From an uncultured Anaerolineaceae bacterium (lineage in GTDB: Bacteria > Chloroflexota > Dehalococcoidia > Tepidiformales > Tepidiformaceae): DNA of 30,049 nt. The notes beneath the pieces are model-generated. The model ran no database searches. It was not told the DNA's origin and worked only from the letters and a program-made list of their open reading frames with translations. Location of the stretch: NCBI GenBank assembly GCA_964408835.1, contig CAYPAZ010000001.1, positions 1-30,049 of the forward strand, given 5' to 3'. This document shows, piece by piece, positions 1 through 8,706 of the stretch (position 1 is the first letter of the stretch; each line of letters opens with the position of its first letter). A program made the position numbers and the translations under genes.

Positions 1-435
1 CTCGACGGCGCGCGCCTCGCGCGGCAAGCGCGCGAGCGCGATAGCTGCAAGCTGGTCCGGATCGTCCGCAAGCGAAGCGACGAACCCAGCCGCGCCGCGG
101 GCCTCGGCGAACTGGAAGGCCTGGCAGAGGATGGTAGTCGGGGGTTCGAAGGGTGGCCGGGGGAGTGCCTCGCTCCAGAGCGTGAAGTACCCACCCTCAA
201 GACCAAGGGCCCCGTACTCGCTCAACGCTGCGTCCCTGTCGGAGGTAAGGTCGGCGATGTTCGAGGGTACGAAGGTACCGTCGTTCTGGAGATAGAACTG
301 CTGGGGCACGTCCTCGCGGCCGCAGACCACCTGTTCGAGCGCGTCCTGGTCGAGGCCGGCGGGAATACCTGGGCCGCAAGCCGCGAGGATCAGCCCCGCG
401 GCGGCGGCAACCAGCGGCCTAGGCTTCGGACTCAC
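1..435 (-). CDS. Putative lipoprotein, 5' part (runs off the left edge; absent from the ORF track)
   Basis: Manual translation from GTG at 435: MSPKPRPLVAAAAGLILAAC-GPGIPAGLDQDALEQVVCGREDVPQQFYLQNDG..., open to base 1 (145 codons). It has a basic N-terminus, a hydrophobic stretch and a lipobox LAAC (Cys20). The start overlaps the end of the upstream small membrane gene. Confidence 0.75.
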   Translation of the reverse strand, partial: MSPKPRPLVAAAAGLILAACGPGIPAGLDQDALEQVVCGREDVPQQFYLQNDGTFVPSNIADLTSDRDAALSEYGALGLEGGYFTLWSEALPRPPFEPPTTILCQAFQFAEARGAAGFVASLADDPDQLAAIALARLPREARAVE

Positions 436-652
436 CGTCGAGGTCGGGAGGCCCGATGAGGCCGTGGGCGCTGGAGTAGCGTTCCACCAGCACAATGAGC
501 CCGAAGAACGGGAAGAACGCAACTGCCGCCCCCAGGCCCCACCACCAGAAGCCCCCGACGAAGAACAGGATTGCGAGGGCCGCGGCCAACGACATGCCGA
601 TGATGGAGAAGATCCGGCCGGCGAGTACCCAGGGAGTGACGGGGGAGTTCAC
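419..652 (-). CDS. Small hypothetical membrane protein (~77 aa, two hydrophobic segments)
   Basis: C-terminal part of track ORF 419..952. GTG at 652 gives MNSPVTPWVLAGRIFSIIGMSLAAALAILFFVGGFWWWGLGAAVAFFPFFGLIVLVERY... This start avoids overlap with the divergent cyclase gene. The start is uncertain. Confidence 0.6.
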   Translation of the reverse strand: MNSPVTPWVLAGRIFSIIGMSLAAALAILFFVGGFWWWGLGAAVAFFPFFGLIVLVERYSSAHGLIGPPDLDGESEA

Positions 653-749
653 TCGTCCGATCTTGGAGGGAGGCTGGTGGTGCGTCCAGTTCGATTTGAC
701 CCGCGCGCAGCATCCCGAAAGAATCCGACCGCGAGCGAGGAGGAGAATC

Positions 750-1709
750 GTGACGATCCCAGAGCGTTTACCGTCGTTCGATGAGTTGCCGGTCGCCGAA
801 GGCGCCCCGCCGAAGTCTGCCTGGTGGCTCTTCGGGCGGGATGACCAGGTGGGGATGTTCAACCTGCAAACCCCCGACCGCATCGCCGCTGCCGCCCGGC
901 TCGTCCAGCGCGGCGCGATGTTCCCGATGAACTGGGAGATGGAACTGCCCAACCCGCCGCTCTACGATCGCGGAGCCATCCGCCAGAAGATCTTTCGGCG
1001 ACCGAACGTACACGACGACGTGCTCGACGGGTTCTTCCCCCAGGCGAGCAGCCAGTGGGACAGCCTGGTCCATGTCGGGAACTCGGAGCATGGGTTTTAC
1101 AACGGCGTTGCCGCGGCCGAGGTCACGGGAGAACCCGGTACCCGCGGCGGCATTGAGAACTGGGCACGCCGTGGAATCGCGGGGCGCGCGGTGTTGTTGG
1201 ACATGGCGCGACACTTCCAGGCCACGGGACGCATCCTCGAGCCTGGCACGGACACGCGATTCACCGTGGATGACATCGAGGGCTGCCGGGAGCGGCAGGG
1301 AGTCGTGGTTGAGGCGGGCGACGTGCTTCTGATCCGCACCGGGTGGACGGAGTGGTACCGGACGCTTGACCTGCCCGGCCGCCGGGCCATCGCGAACCGG
1401 GATGTGCTGCGCGCTTGCGGCCTTCTCGCCGGGGAGCCGATGGCGCGCTACCTCTGGGATCTCCACGTGTCCGCCATTGCGAGCGATGTCCCCGCGCTCG
1501 AGGCGTGGCCCCCCACTCCCGCGACCGGCGGCTTCCTCCACGAGTACCTGATCGGGCTCTTCGGGATGGGGATCGGGGAGCTCTGGTACCTGCACGACCT
1601 CGCCGAGGATTGCGCTGCCGACGGCCGCTATGAGTCGTTCCTGGTCAGCGCGCCGCTCAACAAGCTGGGCGGCATCGGCTCGCCGCCGAACGCCATAGCG
1701 CTGAAGTGA
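750..1709 (+). CDS. Cyclase-family (kynurenine formamidase-like) metal-dependent hydrolase, 319 aa
   Basis: GTG at 750 follows a GAGGAGGAG SD. Motifs: QASSQWDSLVH, GIAGRAVLLD, GDVLLIRTGW, IASDVPALE, LFGMGIGELW, APLNKLGGIGSPPNAIA. Confidence 0.85.
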   Translation: MTIPERLPSFDELPVAEGAPPKSAWWLFGRDDQVGMFNLQTPDRIAAAARLVQRGAMFPMNWEMELPNPPLYDRGAIRQKIFRRPNVHDDVLDGFFPQASSQWDSLVHVGNSEHGFYNGVAAAEVTGEPGTRGGIENWARRGIAGRAVLLDMARHFQATGRILEPGTDTRFTVDDIEGCRERQGVVVEAGDVLLIRTGWTEWYRTLDLPGRRAIANRDVLRACGLLAGEPMARYLWDLHVSAIASDVPALEAWPPTPATGGFLHEYLIGLFGMGIGELWYLHDLAEDCAADGRYESFLVSAPLNKLGGIGSPPNAIALK

Positions 1710-2134
1710 CCAGCGCCACGATCCCTCCGGAGGTCCTGGCGTTCCTCCAAGAGATGCGCGTCCCAGGGGTCCTCGCAACGCTCCGCGCGGACGGGAGCCC
1801 GATCACCTCCGCGGTGTGGTACGGGTTGCTCGACGGCGACATCATCATCTCAACCCCGACCGCGCGGCCCAAGGCGCGGAATGCCCGCCGCGACGAGCGG
1901 GTCTCCTTCGTGGTCGACAGGAAGGAGATGCCGTACCGGGGTGTGGCCATCGAGGGGGTCGCGGAAGTGACGGAAGACCCCGATGGCTTGTTGCTGTCTG
2001 CAATCGCTCGCCGCTACCTCGGAGATGAGTTGCCGGATCGCATCCGCGAGCGTGCTGCCGCGGGGGACCGTTCGATCATCCGCATCCGGGCGACACGCGT
2101 CCGGCCATGGAACTTCGAAGAGCGCCCCGGGTGA
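1706..2134 (+). CDS. PPOX-class (split beta-barrel) putative F420-dependent oxidoreductase, 142 aa
   Basis: GVLATLRADGSPITSAVWY, KARNARRDERVSFVV and VAIEGVAEV match the Rv1155-like PPOX pattern. GTGA overlap with the cyclase stop. Confidence 0.8.
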   Translation: MTSATIPPEVLAFLQEMRVPGVLATLRADGSPITSAVWYGLLDGDIIISTPTARPKARNARRDERVSFVVDRKEMPYRGVAIEGVAEVTEDPDGLLLSAIARRYLGDELPDRIRERAAAGDRSIIRIRATRVRPWNFEERPG

Positions 2135-2853
2135 GGCCCCGTGCGCTCCTGCTCGACCTTGGCGACACGGTCTTCGGGCTCGATCGGTTCCCTGCGGAGC
2201 GCGTCCAGCAGGAGTTAGCCCGCCTGCTGGCGGCCGACCGCCTGTTCCCCGGCGAATCAGTCGAGCGGGCGCAGCAGCTCATGGACGGGTTCGGCCGGCG
2301 GATGGCTGAGGGATACGCCCGCGGCGACCTCGTCGAGCGCCATCCGTCAGCGCTGATGCTGGAGGAGTTCGCTGTGCTCGGGGTAGCGCCGCCTACGGAG
2401 GTTGCGGAGCGCATCGACGCGGCGTTTGGAGCGGCTGACGTGGCTCGATTCCGCGCGCCGGGTGACCCTCCCGCGCGGCTCGGGTGGATGCGGGATGCGG
2501 GGCTGGCCGTCGTCGCCGTCTCGAACACCACGACCGCTCCCGAGCTGCTGAGAGGGTTCCTGGCCGAAGCCGGAATTCTCGACTTCTTCGATGGCTTCGT
2601 GTTTTCCATCGAGGCCGGGGTCCGCAAGCCGCATGAGCGCGTTTACAGGCAGGCCCTCGAGATAGCCGGAATCACGCCCGGGGAAGCGGTGTTCGTGGGC
2701 GACCGTGTCGCGCAGGACGTCCGGGGTCCGGGAGCGCTCGGCATCCCCGCAATCCTGACCCACGAGTTTCGCCAGGAGGACCCCGGTGACGCTGAGCCGC
2801 TTCATGTCATAACGGAGCTGGCGGAGCTCCGGCGGGTGCTGGGGTTCGATTAG
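2131..2853 (+). CDS. HAD-superfamily (IA) hydrolase, 240 aa
   Basis: Motif I LLDLGDT, motif II VSNT, motif III RKP, motif IV FVGDRVAQDV. GTG at 2131 overlaps the PPOX TGA (GTGA). Confidence 0.85.
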   Translation: MRPRALLLDLGDTVFGLDRFPAERVQQELARLLAADRLFPGESVERAQQLMDGFGRRMAEGYARGDLVERHPSALMLEEFAVLGVAPPTEVAERIDAAFGAADVARFRAPGDPPARLGWMRDAGLAVVAVSNTTTAPELLRGFLAEAGILDFFDGFVFSIEAGVRKPHERVYRQALEIAGITPGEAVFVGDRVAQDVRGPGALGIPAILTHEFRQEDPGDAEPLHVITELAELRRVLGFD

Positions 2854-3488
2854 CTGGTTGCCGCTTCGAGCAGTGCGATCACTTCGTCCACTGTGGCGGA
2901 CCGCCAACCGGCCCAGATCTCGCCCTTCTGCCACTCGAGATAACGTTCCCGGGCCTCCGCGCGCGCTTGCTTGATCTCATCCTCGGAGGGCTCGTGGCCG
3001 AGGCGCTTTGCGATTGCCTCGGGGCTGTTGTCGCCCACCACCTCACGGGTCACATGGATCTGCTCGTTCGCAAGCTTCGGGCGCTCAATGAAGTGGCCGA
3101 GGGCCCGGTGGTCCTTGTCGTAGAAAACCAGCACCGGGATCGACTCGAATTCCCCGCCGTTGAGGAACTCCACGATCATGTCCTTGTTCTGGTCTCGCTC
3201 GAAGATCCGGTTCTCGATCCCCATGGTCTCGGCGATGCGCTGGGCGACCGGCATTCCCCGGTAGACATCGGGACACCAGTCTTCACCGATAACCAGCATG
3301 TGGTGGGGGCCGGTGGGCAGGGCAGCCAGGGCTTTCAGCTTCGCAGCCTGCGCTTCGCTGATGACGAAGTCGTTGTAGTTCCGGTCGAAAATTTCCCGAT
3401 TGCGGATCCCGCTCTCAACGTACTCCTGGTAGGTCTTGCCCTTGTTGTAGCGCTCGATGGTGATTACTGACTGGGTTGCCTGCGTCAC
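2850..3488 (-). CDS. Thioredoxin-fold protein with a single Cys (WCPDV), 212 aa
   Basis: VIGEDWCPD active-site-like motif, SIPVLVFYD cis-Pro loop and GHFIERP, typical of the Thioredoxin_9-like family. GGGGGA SD-like sequence before GTG. Confidence 0.8.
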   Translation of the reverse strand: MTQATQSVITIERYNKGKTYQEYVESGIRNREIFDRNYNDFVISEAQAAKLKALAALPTGPHHMLVIGEDWCPDVYRGMPVAQRIAETMGIENRIFERDQNKDMIVEFLNGGEFESIPVLVFYDKDHRALGHFIERPKLANEQIHVTREVVGDNSPEAIAKRLGHEPSEDEIKQARAEARERYLEWQKGEIWAGWRSATVDEVIALLEAATS

Positions 3489-3530
3489 GGTTTGATCCCC
3501 CCGGTAGGTTGTTCCTAGCTAGTCACCAGC

Positions 3531-4976
3531 CTACATCACCGAACTGGGCCCTGCACCCGCGCCCTCCATCGCTTTCGCTTCATCCCAGAGGGCATCGAGG
3601 CCGGCCAGGTCGAGCGCCTTCATATCGATGGCCCGGGCCTCCGCGACCTGTTCCATGGCCCGGAAGCGCCGCCGGAACTTCTCGTTGGCCAGGCGAAGCG
3701 CCTGCTCCGCATCGATACCAAGCCGCTGGCCGATGTTCGCAAGCACGAAGAGGATATCGCCGAACTCGTCCTCCCGTGCCGCCGCGTCCCCGGCTCGGGC
3801 GAACTCCCCGATCTCTTCCTGGAGCTTCTCCAACGGCCCATCGATGGATGGCCAGTCGAACCCGACGCGACGCGCTCTGCCCTGGATCGATTGGGAAGCT
3901 GCCAGCGAAGGCATCGATGCCGGGACTCCATCCAGGATTGAGCCTTCGGGCTTCTCCGCCTTCTTGAGCCCCTCCCAGTCCTGGTAGACCTGTTCGCTCG
4001 ACTTCGCCGTGGCTTCGCCGAACACGTGGGGGTGGCGGCGGATCAGCTTGCGTGTGATGTGCTCCGTGACATCGGCCAGCGTGAAGTCGCCCGTTCGCTG
4101 CGCCACGGCGGCGTGCATTGCGACCTGGAGGAGCACGTCGCCCAGCTCCTCGGTAATGCGCGCTGGCTCGGAGGAGTCGATCGCTTCGAGCAACTCATAG
4201 GCTTCCTCCAACAGGTGTGGGCGCAACGACTCGTGGGTCTGCTCGCGATCCCACGGGCAGCCGTCTTCTGCGTGGAGCCGCTCGATGACGTACCAGAACC
4301 CGTCCAGGCGCCGGACATCGTCGATTGGGTCCAAGGCGGGCAGGAAGAGCGTGTCGAGGTAGCTCCATGCCTGCCGGTCGAGCTCGGCGAGTTCCAGCCA
4401 GGTGACCACCTCCCGGGGAGTCGCTAGCTCACGCAAGACCGCGACGCGGTGGGAGGCGGGCAGCACTTCGAGCAGCTTGAGTTTGAGCTCGGCGGCCACG
4501 TCACGGTTGTGTACCTGGCTGATCAGCGCCGGGCGCCAGGTGTCGAACCGGAGCGCATGGGCGTCACAAAGCTGCAAGTTGCCGAGATCGAGCCCGAGCG
4601 CGGTCGCCGCCACATCGGGGTATCCGAGCGCGGCATGGAGGCGCGTCGTCACGCCCGCGGCGGCGCACCTTTCAAGCAGCAGCGCTACCGACTTCTCAGC
4701 GATGAGCGGGTTCCCGGGCACAGCGAACACGAGAGCTCCCGTGCGGGCTTGCTCGAACACGTGCTCGGCGACCCGCCGGTAGATGTCCTCGAACGAGGCC
4801 CCGGACTCGTACAGGTGGTCGCACGATGGCCAGCGCCGGTCCGGGTCGAGTTCCGCGACCGTGGGGTGATGGCGCGTGCGCAACAGGATGGGGATGCCGG
4901 AGCCAAGCAGGTCAAGCGTTTCCGAAGTCAGCAGCTCCCGCCCCGCTGGCCCGAGCCCCACAATGTGGATAGTCAT
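3531..4976 (-). CDS. mazG: Nucleoside triphosphate pyrophosphohydrolase MazG with N-terminal tetrapyrrole-methylase-like domain (YabN type), 481 aa
   Basis: N-terminal IVGLGP...LRTRHHP...AVPGNP. MazG domains GCPWDREQT, EEAYE, EELGDVLLQ, KLIRRHPHVF and a second KLQEEIGE...EFGDILF...ANEKFRRRF. Confidence 0.92.
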   Translation of the reverse strand: MTIHIVGLGPAGRELLTSETLDLLGSGIPILLRTRHHPTVAELDPDRRWPSCDHLYESGASFEDIYRRVAEHVFEQARTGALVFAVPGNPLIAEKSVALLLERCAAAGVTTRLHAALGYPDVAATALGLDLGNLQLCDAHALRFDTWRPALISQVHNRDVAAELKLKLLEVLPASHRVAVLRELATPREVVTWLELAELDRQAWSYLDTLFLPALDPIDDVRRLDGFWYVIERLHAEDGCPWDREQTHESLRPHLLEEAYELLEAIDSSEPARITEELGDVLLQVAMHAAVAQRTGDFTLADVTEHITRKLIRRHPHVFGEATAKSSEQVYQDWEGLKKAEKPEGSILDGVPASMPSLAASQSIQGRARRVGFDWPSIDGPLEKLQEEIGEFARAGDAAAREDEFGDILFVLANIGQRLGIDAEQALRLANEKFRRRFRAMEQVAEARAIDMKALDLAGLDALWDEAKAMEGAGAGPSSVM

Positions 4977-4985
4977 TTGAGTCCG

Positions 4986-4991
4986 AGTATA
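4986..4991 (-). promoter_or_regulatory. Putative sigma70 -10 hexamer (TATACT) of mazG
   Basis: The minus strand reads TATACT-cggactcaa-ATG (9 nt gap), with no SD. Confidence 0.5.
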
Positions 4992-5003
4992 CGGGCGTCC
5001 CCG

Positions 5004-5990
5004 TCAGAGCCGTTCCACCTCGCCGGAGTCCAGGCTCTTGTGGATGGCGACGAGGATCCGTGTTGTCTCCAGACCGTCCTCGAATGAGACGCGAGTCCGG
5101 CCAGTCCCTTCCATCGCCCTGAGGAACGCGGTCATGCGCTGTGGCGCCCACTGGATGGTCGGCGGGAAGCGGTGACGCTCGGAGGCGATGGTGAGGTTCT
5201 GGCGCGTGGTGTCGACATCGATGGCGCCTTTCGTCCCCGCGACCCGGAAACTGAACTCAACCTGGCCGGGCCACGAGTCCGGCAGAATCCAGAGACTTTC
5301 GAAGATCCCGTCGCTGCCGTCGTGATAGCGGACCAGGGCATGGATCCAGTCCCAGGTGTTCGTCCCGGCGTCGGCTAAAACCCCTCGCCCACCAGAGGCA
5401 TAGGCGGTCGCGGCGCGCTTCCCGCCGAGCCAGTAGGCGAGGTCCAGGCAGTGGGACATCAGGAACCAGGCCGGTGTCGTCCCGGAACTCCACGCGAGCT
5501 GGTCCCGCGGAGAAGAGACGGGGTTGTTCAAGCGGACGTTGAACGAACGGACTTCGCCGATCTCCCCAGATTCGATGCTGCGGCGCGCCTCGGCGAAGGG
5601 TGGGTTCCACCGGTTGCTGAAGTTGACCTCTGCATACACTCCGGCCTCCCCCACGGCCGCCACCATCGCTTCGGCGTCCTCCACCGTGGTCGCGAGTGGT
5701 TTCTCGACCAGAATGGCTACACCGGCCCGCGCCAACGCCTCGACCGGCCCGCGGTGGAGCGCATCGGGGGTGGCGACGTAGGCGAGGTCGGGTTTGGTCT
5801 CCACCAGGGCGCGCGAGAGGTCGCCATGTGCCGTGGACGAGAGGCTGTTCGCCAGTTCGAGTGCGCGGACACCGTCGAGGTCGACCACGCCAGCAAGCTC
5901 AACGCCGGGCACTCGTCCCGCCGCGATCATCCGGGCATGGGCGCTCCCCATGGTCCCGGCGCCAACAACCAGAAGCCGTTTGTCTGCCAT
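5004..5990 (-). CDS. Gfo/Idh/MocA-family NAD(P)-dependent oxidoreductase, 328 aa
   Basis: Real start MADKRLLVVGAGTMG (Rossmann GxGxxG). Motifs YVATPDALH, ILVEKPLA and LMSHCLD. The track ORF extension to 6458 overlaps glgP and is rejected. Confidence 0.88.
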   Translation of the reverse strand: MADKRLLVVGAGTMGSAHARMIAAGRVPGVELAGVVDLDGVRALELANSLSSTAHGDLSRALVETKPDLAYVATPDALHRGPVEALARAGVAILVEKPLATTVEDAEAMVAAVGEAGVYAEVNFSNRWNPPFAEARRSIESGEIGEVRSFNVRLNNPVSSPRDQLAWSSGTTPAWFLMSHCLDLAYWLGGKRAATAYASGGRGVLADAGTNTWDWIHALVRYHDGSDGIFESLWILPDSWPGQVEFSFRVAGTKGAIDVDTTRQNLTIASERHRFPPTIQWAPQRMTAFLRAMEGTGRTRVSFEDGLETTRILVAIHKSLDSGEVERL

Positions 5991-5996
5991 CGGCGA

Positions 5997-6002
5997 AGCG
6001 TA
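5997..6002 (-). promoter_or_regulatory. Putative -10 hexamer (TACGCT) for a leaderless Gfo transcript
   Basis: The minus strand reads TACGCT-tcgccg-ATG (6 nt gap), with no SD. Confidence 0.45.
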
Positions 6003-6022
6003 TGCCGATGAGCGCCGCCGGG

Positions 6023-8602
6023 CTACTGCCCGGCCTGGCTCCAGAGCACAAGGCCGCGGCTGAACGGATCCGCAAGCGCTGCGTGGCAGGGCATCAGGCG
6101 GACCGCATATCCCAGCGAGCCAGCCATGGGCGGCTCGAACGAACCCCGATACAGCACCCCGGGGCCACCGCCGCTTGTGTCCGGAGCGAGCAGGACCTCG
6201 CGCTGAGCCGTCACTTCCCCGGATTGGAGGGCGGGACCGATGAGCGCGTGGACCGCAACGTCCGCGGGGTCGAGTCCCCCAAGTTCGACCCGGACCTCTA
6301 CCGTCACAGCCCGGTCCTCGGGTAGAGCGACCACCGGACTGCCAAGGTCGTCCTGCACGCCCAGGATCCGGACTCGGCTCCAGCACTCCCGCACCCGATC
6401 CTTCCAACCTGCGAGCTCGCGCGCGGTGGCCAGGCCATCCCGGCTGAGCTGGTGCCACGCGGCTGCGCCGGGCTCGTAGGACTCGTGCGCATACTCGGCT
6501 ACCATCCGGTCGGTGTTGTAGACGGGCGCGTAACTGGTGATCGTCCGGCGCATGCGGTCGATCCAGGCGTTCGGCAGACCCGACTCGCTGTCCCGCGAGT
6601 AGAACAGAGGCGCGGCCTCGTACTCGAGCAGGTCGTACACGGCCTCCGCGTCGAACGCGTCCTGGAGCTCAGGATCGTCACTCACGCGGTCGCGGCCTAT
6701 ATCCCAGCCTGTGCCGGGCACGTACGCCTCATGCCACCAGCCGTCGAGCACGCTCATATGCAACGTCCCGTTGGCGCACGCCTTCATGCCCGAGGTTCCG
6801 CTGGCCTCAAGTGGCCGCAACGGTGTGTTCAGCCAGATATCGCAACCCTGGACGAGGTCCCGCGCGATTCCGACATCGTAGTGCTCGACGAACGTGACCC
6901 GGTCCCGGAACTCGGGCAGCTGGCTGAAGTGGATTACCTCGCGGATCAGCTGCTTGCCGGCTTCGTCGCGGGGATGAGCCTTGCCTGCGAATATCACCTG
7001 GACGGGGCGCTCGGGATTGTTCAGGATGCGCGCGAGGCGGTCAGGGTTCCGGAACAGCAGCGTGGCTCGCTTGTAGGCTGCGAAACGTCGAGCGAATCCG
7101 ACCGTCAGCGTGCCCGGGTCGAACATTTCTCGCGAACTGGTTGCCTGGCCATGGGCAGAGCGTCGCAGAGGGCTTTGCCGCGCGGCTTCGCGGACGGTTG
7201 CGACCAGGCGGCGGCGAGCCTGGCTCCTGGCGTTCCACAGCGTTGCCGCGTCGACGGACTCAACCGGGTCCCAGAGGCCCGCTTGAGTGGGGTTGTCCCG
7301 CCAACCCAGACCGAGATGTGTGTCGTAGACCTCCGCCATCTCGCGGGATACCCACGAGGGCAGGTGCACGCCGTTCGTCACCGACCCGATGGGGACCTGC
7401 TGTTCTGGAAGTCCGGCCCAGGCCTCGTTCCAGAGCCGTTGCGCCACTCCGCGATGGAGCCGCGAGACGCCGTTGCGCGAGTCGCTCAGACGGAGGCCGA
7501 GCAGGGCCATGGAGAACGGCTCGTTGCCGTCTTCGGGGCCGATCCTGCCCAACCCGAAGAATCCCTCGTCGTCCAGGCCGAGAGACCGGTAATACGGCTC
7601 GAGTTCCCGCTTGAGCAGGTCTGGTGGAAAGAGGTCGATCCCGGCCGCGACGGCGGTGTGCGTCGTGAAGATCGATGAGGCGGCGACGGGAAGACGGGCT
7701 TCCTCGAAGGTTGCGTCCGCGTCGCCCATCAGGGAGCGGATGCGTTCCAGCCCCAGCAGCGCCGAGTGGCCCTCGTTCATGTGGCACACCGCCGGTGTGT
7801 ATCCCAGCGCCTTCAGGGCTCGCACGCCACCTATCCCAAGGACGATTTCCTGCTCGATCCGCATTTGGAGGTCGCCGCCATAGAGCGTTCCCGTGATCCT
7901 GCGGTCTACCGGTGAGTTGCCATCGACGTTCGTGTTCAGCATGAACACCGGGACCTGTCCGACATCTATCCGCCAGATGGCGGCCCGGACTTCGCGGCCG
8001 TCTATGGGCACAGTAACGCTAACCTGGTCTCCCCCCTCCCCCACCACCGGACGCACGGGCTGGGAGGTCAGATCGGTCTCGTCGTATTCCTCGATCTGCC
8101 AGCCGTCAGGCCGGAGGGATTGCTGGAAGTAGCCCTGGCTGTACAGCAGTCCGACCCCCACGAGCGGAAGTCCGAGGTCACTGGCGGACTTCAGGTGGTC
8201 GCCGGCGAGCACGCCAAGGCCCCCGGAGTAGTTCGGCAGGCACTCGGCCAGCGCGAACTCCAGCGAGAAATACGCGATGACATCCCTCTCGCTGAGCTCC
8301 GGCACTGGCACGCGACGCGGCCGGCCGAGATAGGCATCCAGCGACTCCACCGTGGCGCCGAGGCGGGAGAGGAAGTCTTCGTTGCGCGACAGCTGTTGCT
8401 TGTCGTCCTCCGTCAGCGACTGGATGAGTCTGACGGGATTCCGGCCAAGCTGGTCCCAGCGACCGGCCGCGAGTTCCTGGAAGAGGTCCTGCGTTGCGGT
8501 ATCCCATGCCCACCGCAGGTTGTAAGCGAGCCGGGTTAGCGGCTGCAATTGGGGCGGGAGTACTGGCTCGACGAAAAACGTTCGCGTTGCGCGGAGCGGC
8601 AT
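6023..8602 (-). CDS. glgP: Alpha-glucan (glycogen/starch) phosphorylase, 859 aa
   Basis: LAYNLRWAW, YFSLEF...YSGGLGVLAGDHLKSASDLG, HMNEGH, FTTHT, TNGVH, GFARRFAAYKR, AGKAHP and the PLP-lysine motif EASGTSGMKA. ATG at 8602 lies 6 nt after TACAAT. Confidence 0.95.
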   Translation of the reverse strand: MPLRATRTFFVEPVLPPQLQPLTRLAYNLRWAWDTATQDLFQELAAGRWDQLGRNPVRLIQSLTEDDKQQLSRNEDFLSRLGATVESLDAYLGRPRRVPVPELSERDVIAYFSLEFALAECLPNYSGGLGVLAGDHLKSASDLGLPLVGVGLLYSQGYFQQSLRPDGWQIEEYDETDLTSQPVRPVVGEGGDQVSVTVPIDGREVRAAIWRIDVGQVPVFMLNTNVDGNSPVDRRITGTLYGGDLQMRIEQEIVLGIGGVRALKALGYTPAVCHMNEGHSALLGLERIRSLMGDADATFEEARLPVAASSIFTTHTAVAAGIDLFPPDLLKRELEPYYRSLGLDDEGFFGLGRIGPEDGNEPFSMALLGLRLSDSRNGVSRLHRGVAQRLWNEAWAGLPEQQVPIGSVTNGVHLPSWVSREMAEVYDTHLGLGWRDNPTQAGLWDPVESVDAATLWNARSQARRRLVATVREAARQSPLRRSAHGQATSSREMFDPGTLTVGFARRFAAYKRATLLFRNPDRLARILNNPERPVQVIFAGKAHPRDEAGKQLIREVIHFSQLPEFRDRVTFVEHYDVGIARDLVQGCDIWLNTPLRPLEASGTSGMKACANGTLHMSVLDGWWHEAYVPGTGWDIGRDRVSDDPELQDAFDAEAVYDLLEYEAAPLFYSRDSESGLPNAWIDRMRRTITSYAPVYNTDRMVAEYAHESYEPGAAAWHQLSRDGLATARELAGWKDRVRECWSRVRILGVQDDLGSPVVALPEDRAVTVEVRVELGGLDPADVAVHALIGPALQSGEVTAQREVLLAPDTSGGGPGVLYRGSFEPPMAGSLGYAVRLMPCHAALADPFSRGLVLWSQAGQ

Positions 8603-8608
8603 CAAGCC

Positions 8609-8614
8609 ATTGTA
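8609..8614 (-). promoter_or_regulatory. Putative -10 hexamer (TACAAT) for leaderless glgP
   Basis: The minus strand reads TACAAT-ggcttg-ATG. Confidence 0.6.
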
Positions 8615-8642
8615 TCGATGCTCTCCTCCCGGCCCAGCCGGT

Positions 8643-8671
8643 TTGCCGGAATTCGTGCATTTCGCCACAAT
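8643..8671 (+). promoter_or_regulatory. Putative sigma70 promoter of the DRTGG gene (TTGCCG-N17-CACAAT)
   Basis: TTGCCG at 8643-8648, 17-nt spacer, CACAAT at 8666-8671, upstream of the GAAGGGGA SD. Confidence 0.5.
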
Positions 8672-8706
8672 CCACCTGGCGCTCGCGCCGACGAAGGGGA
8701 TTGGGC

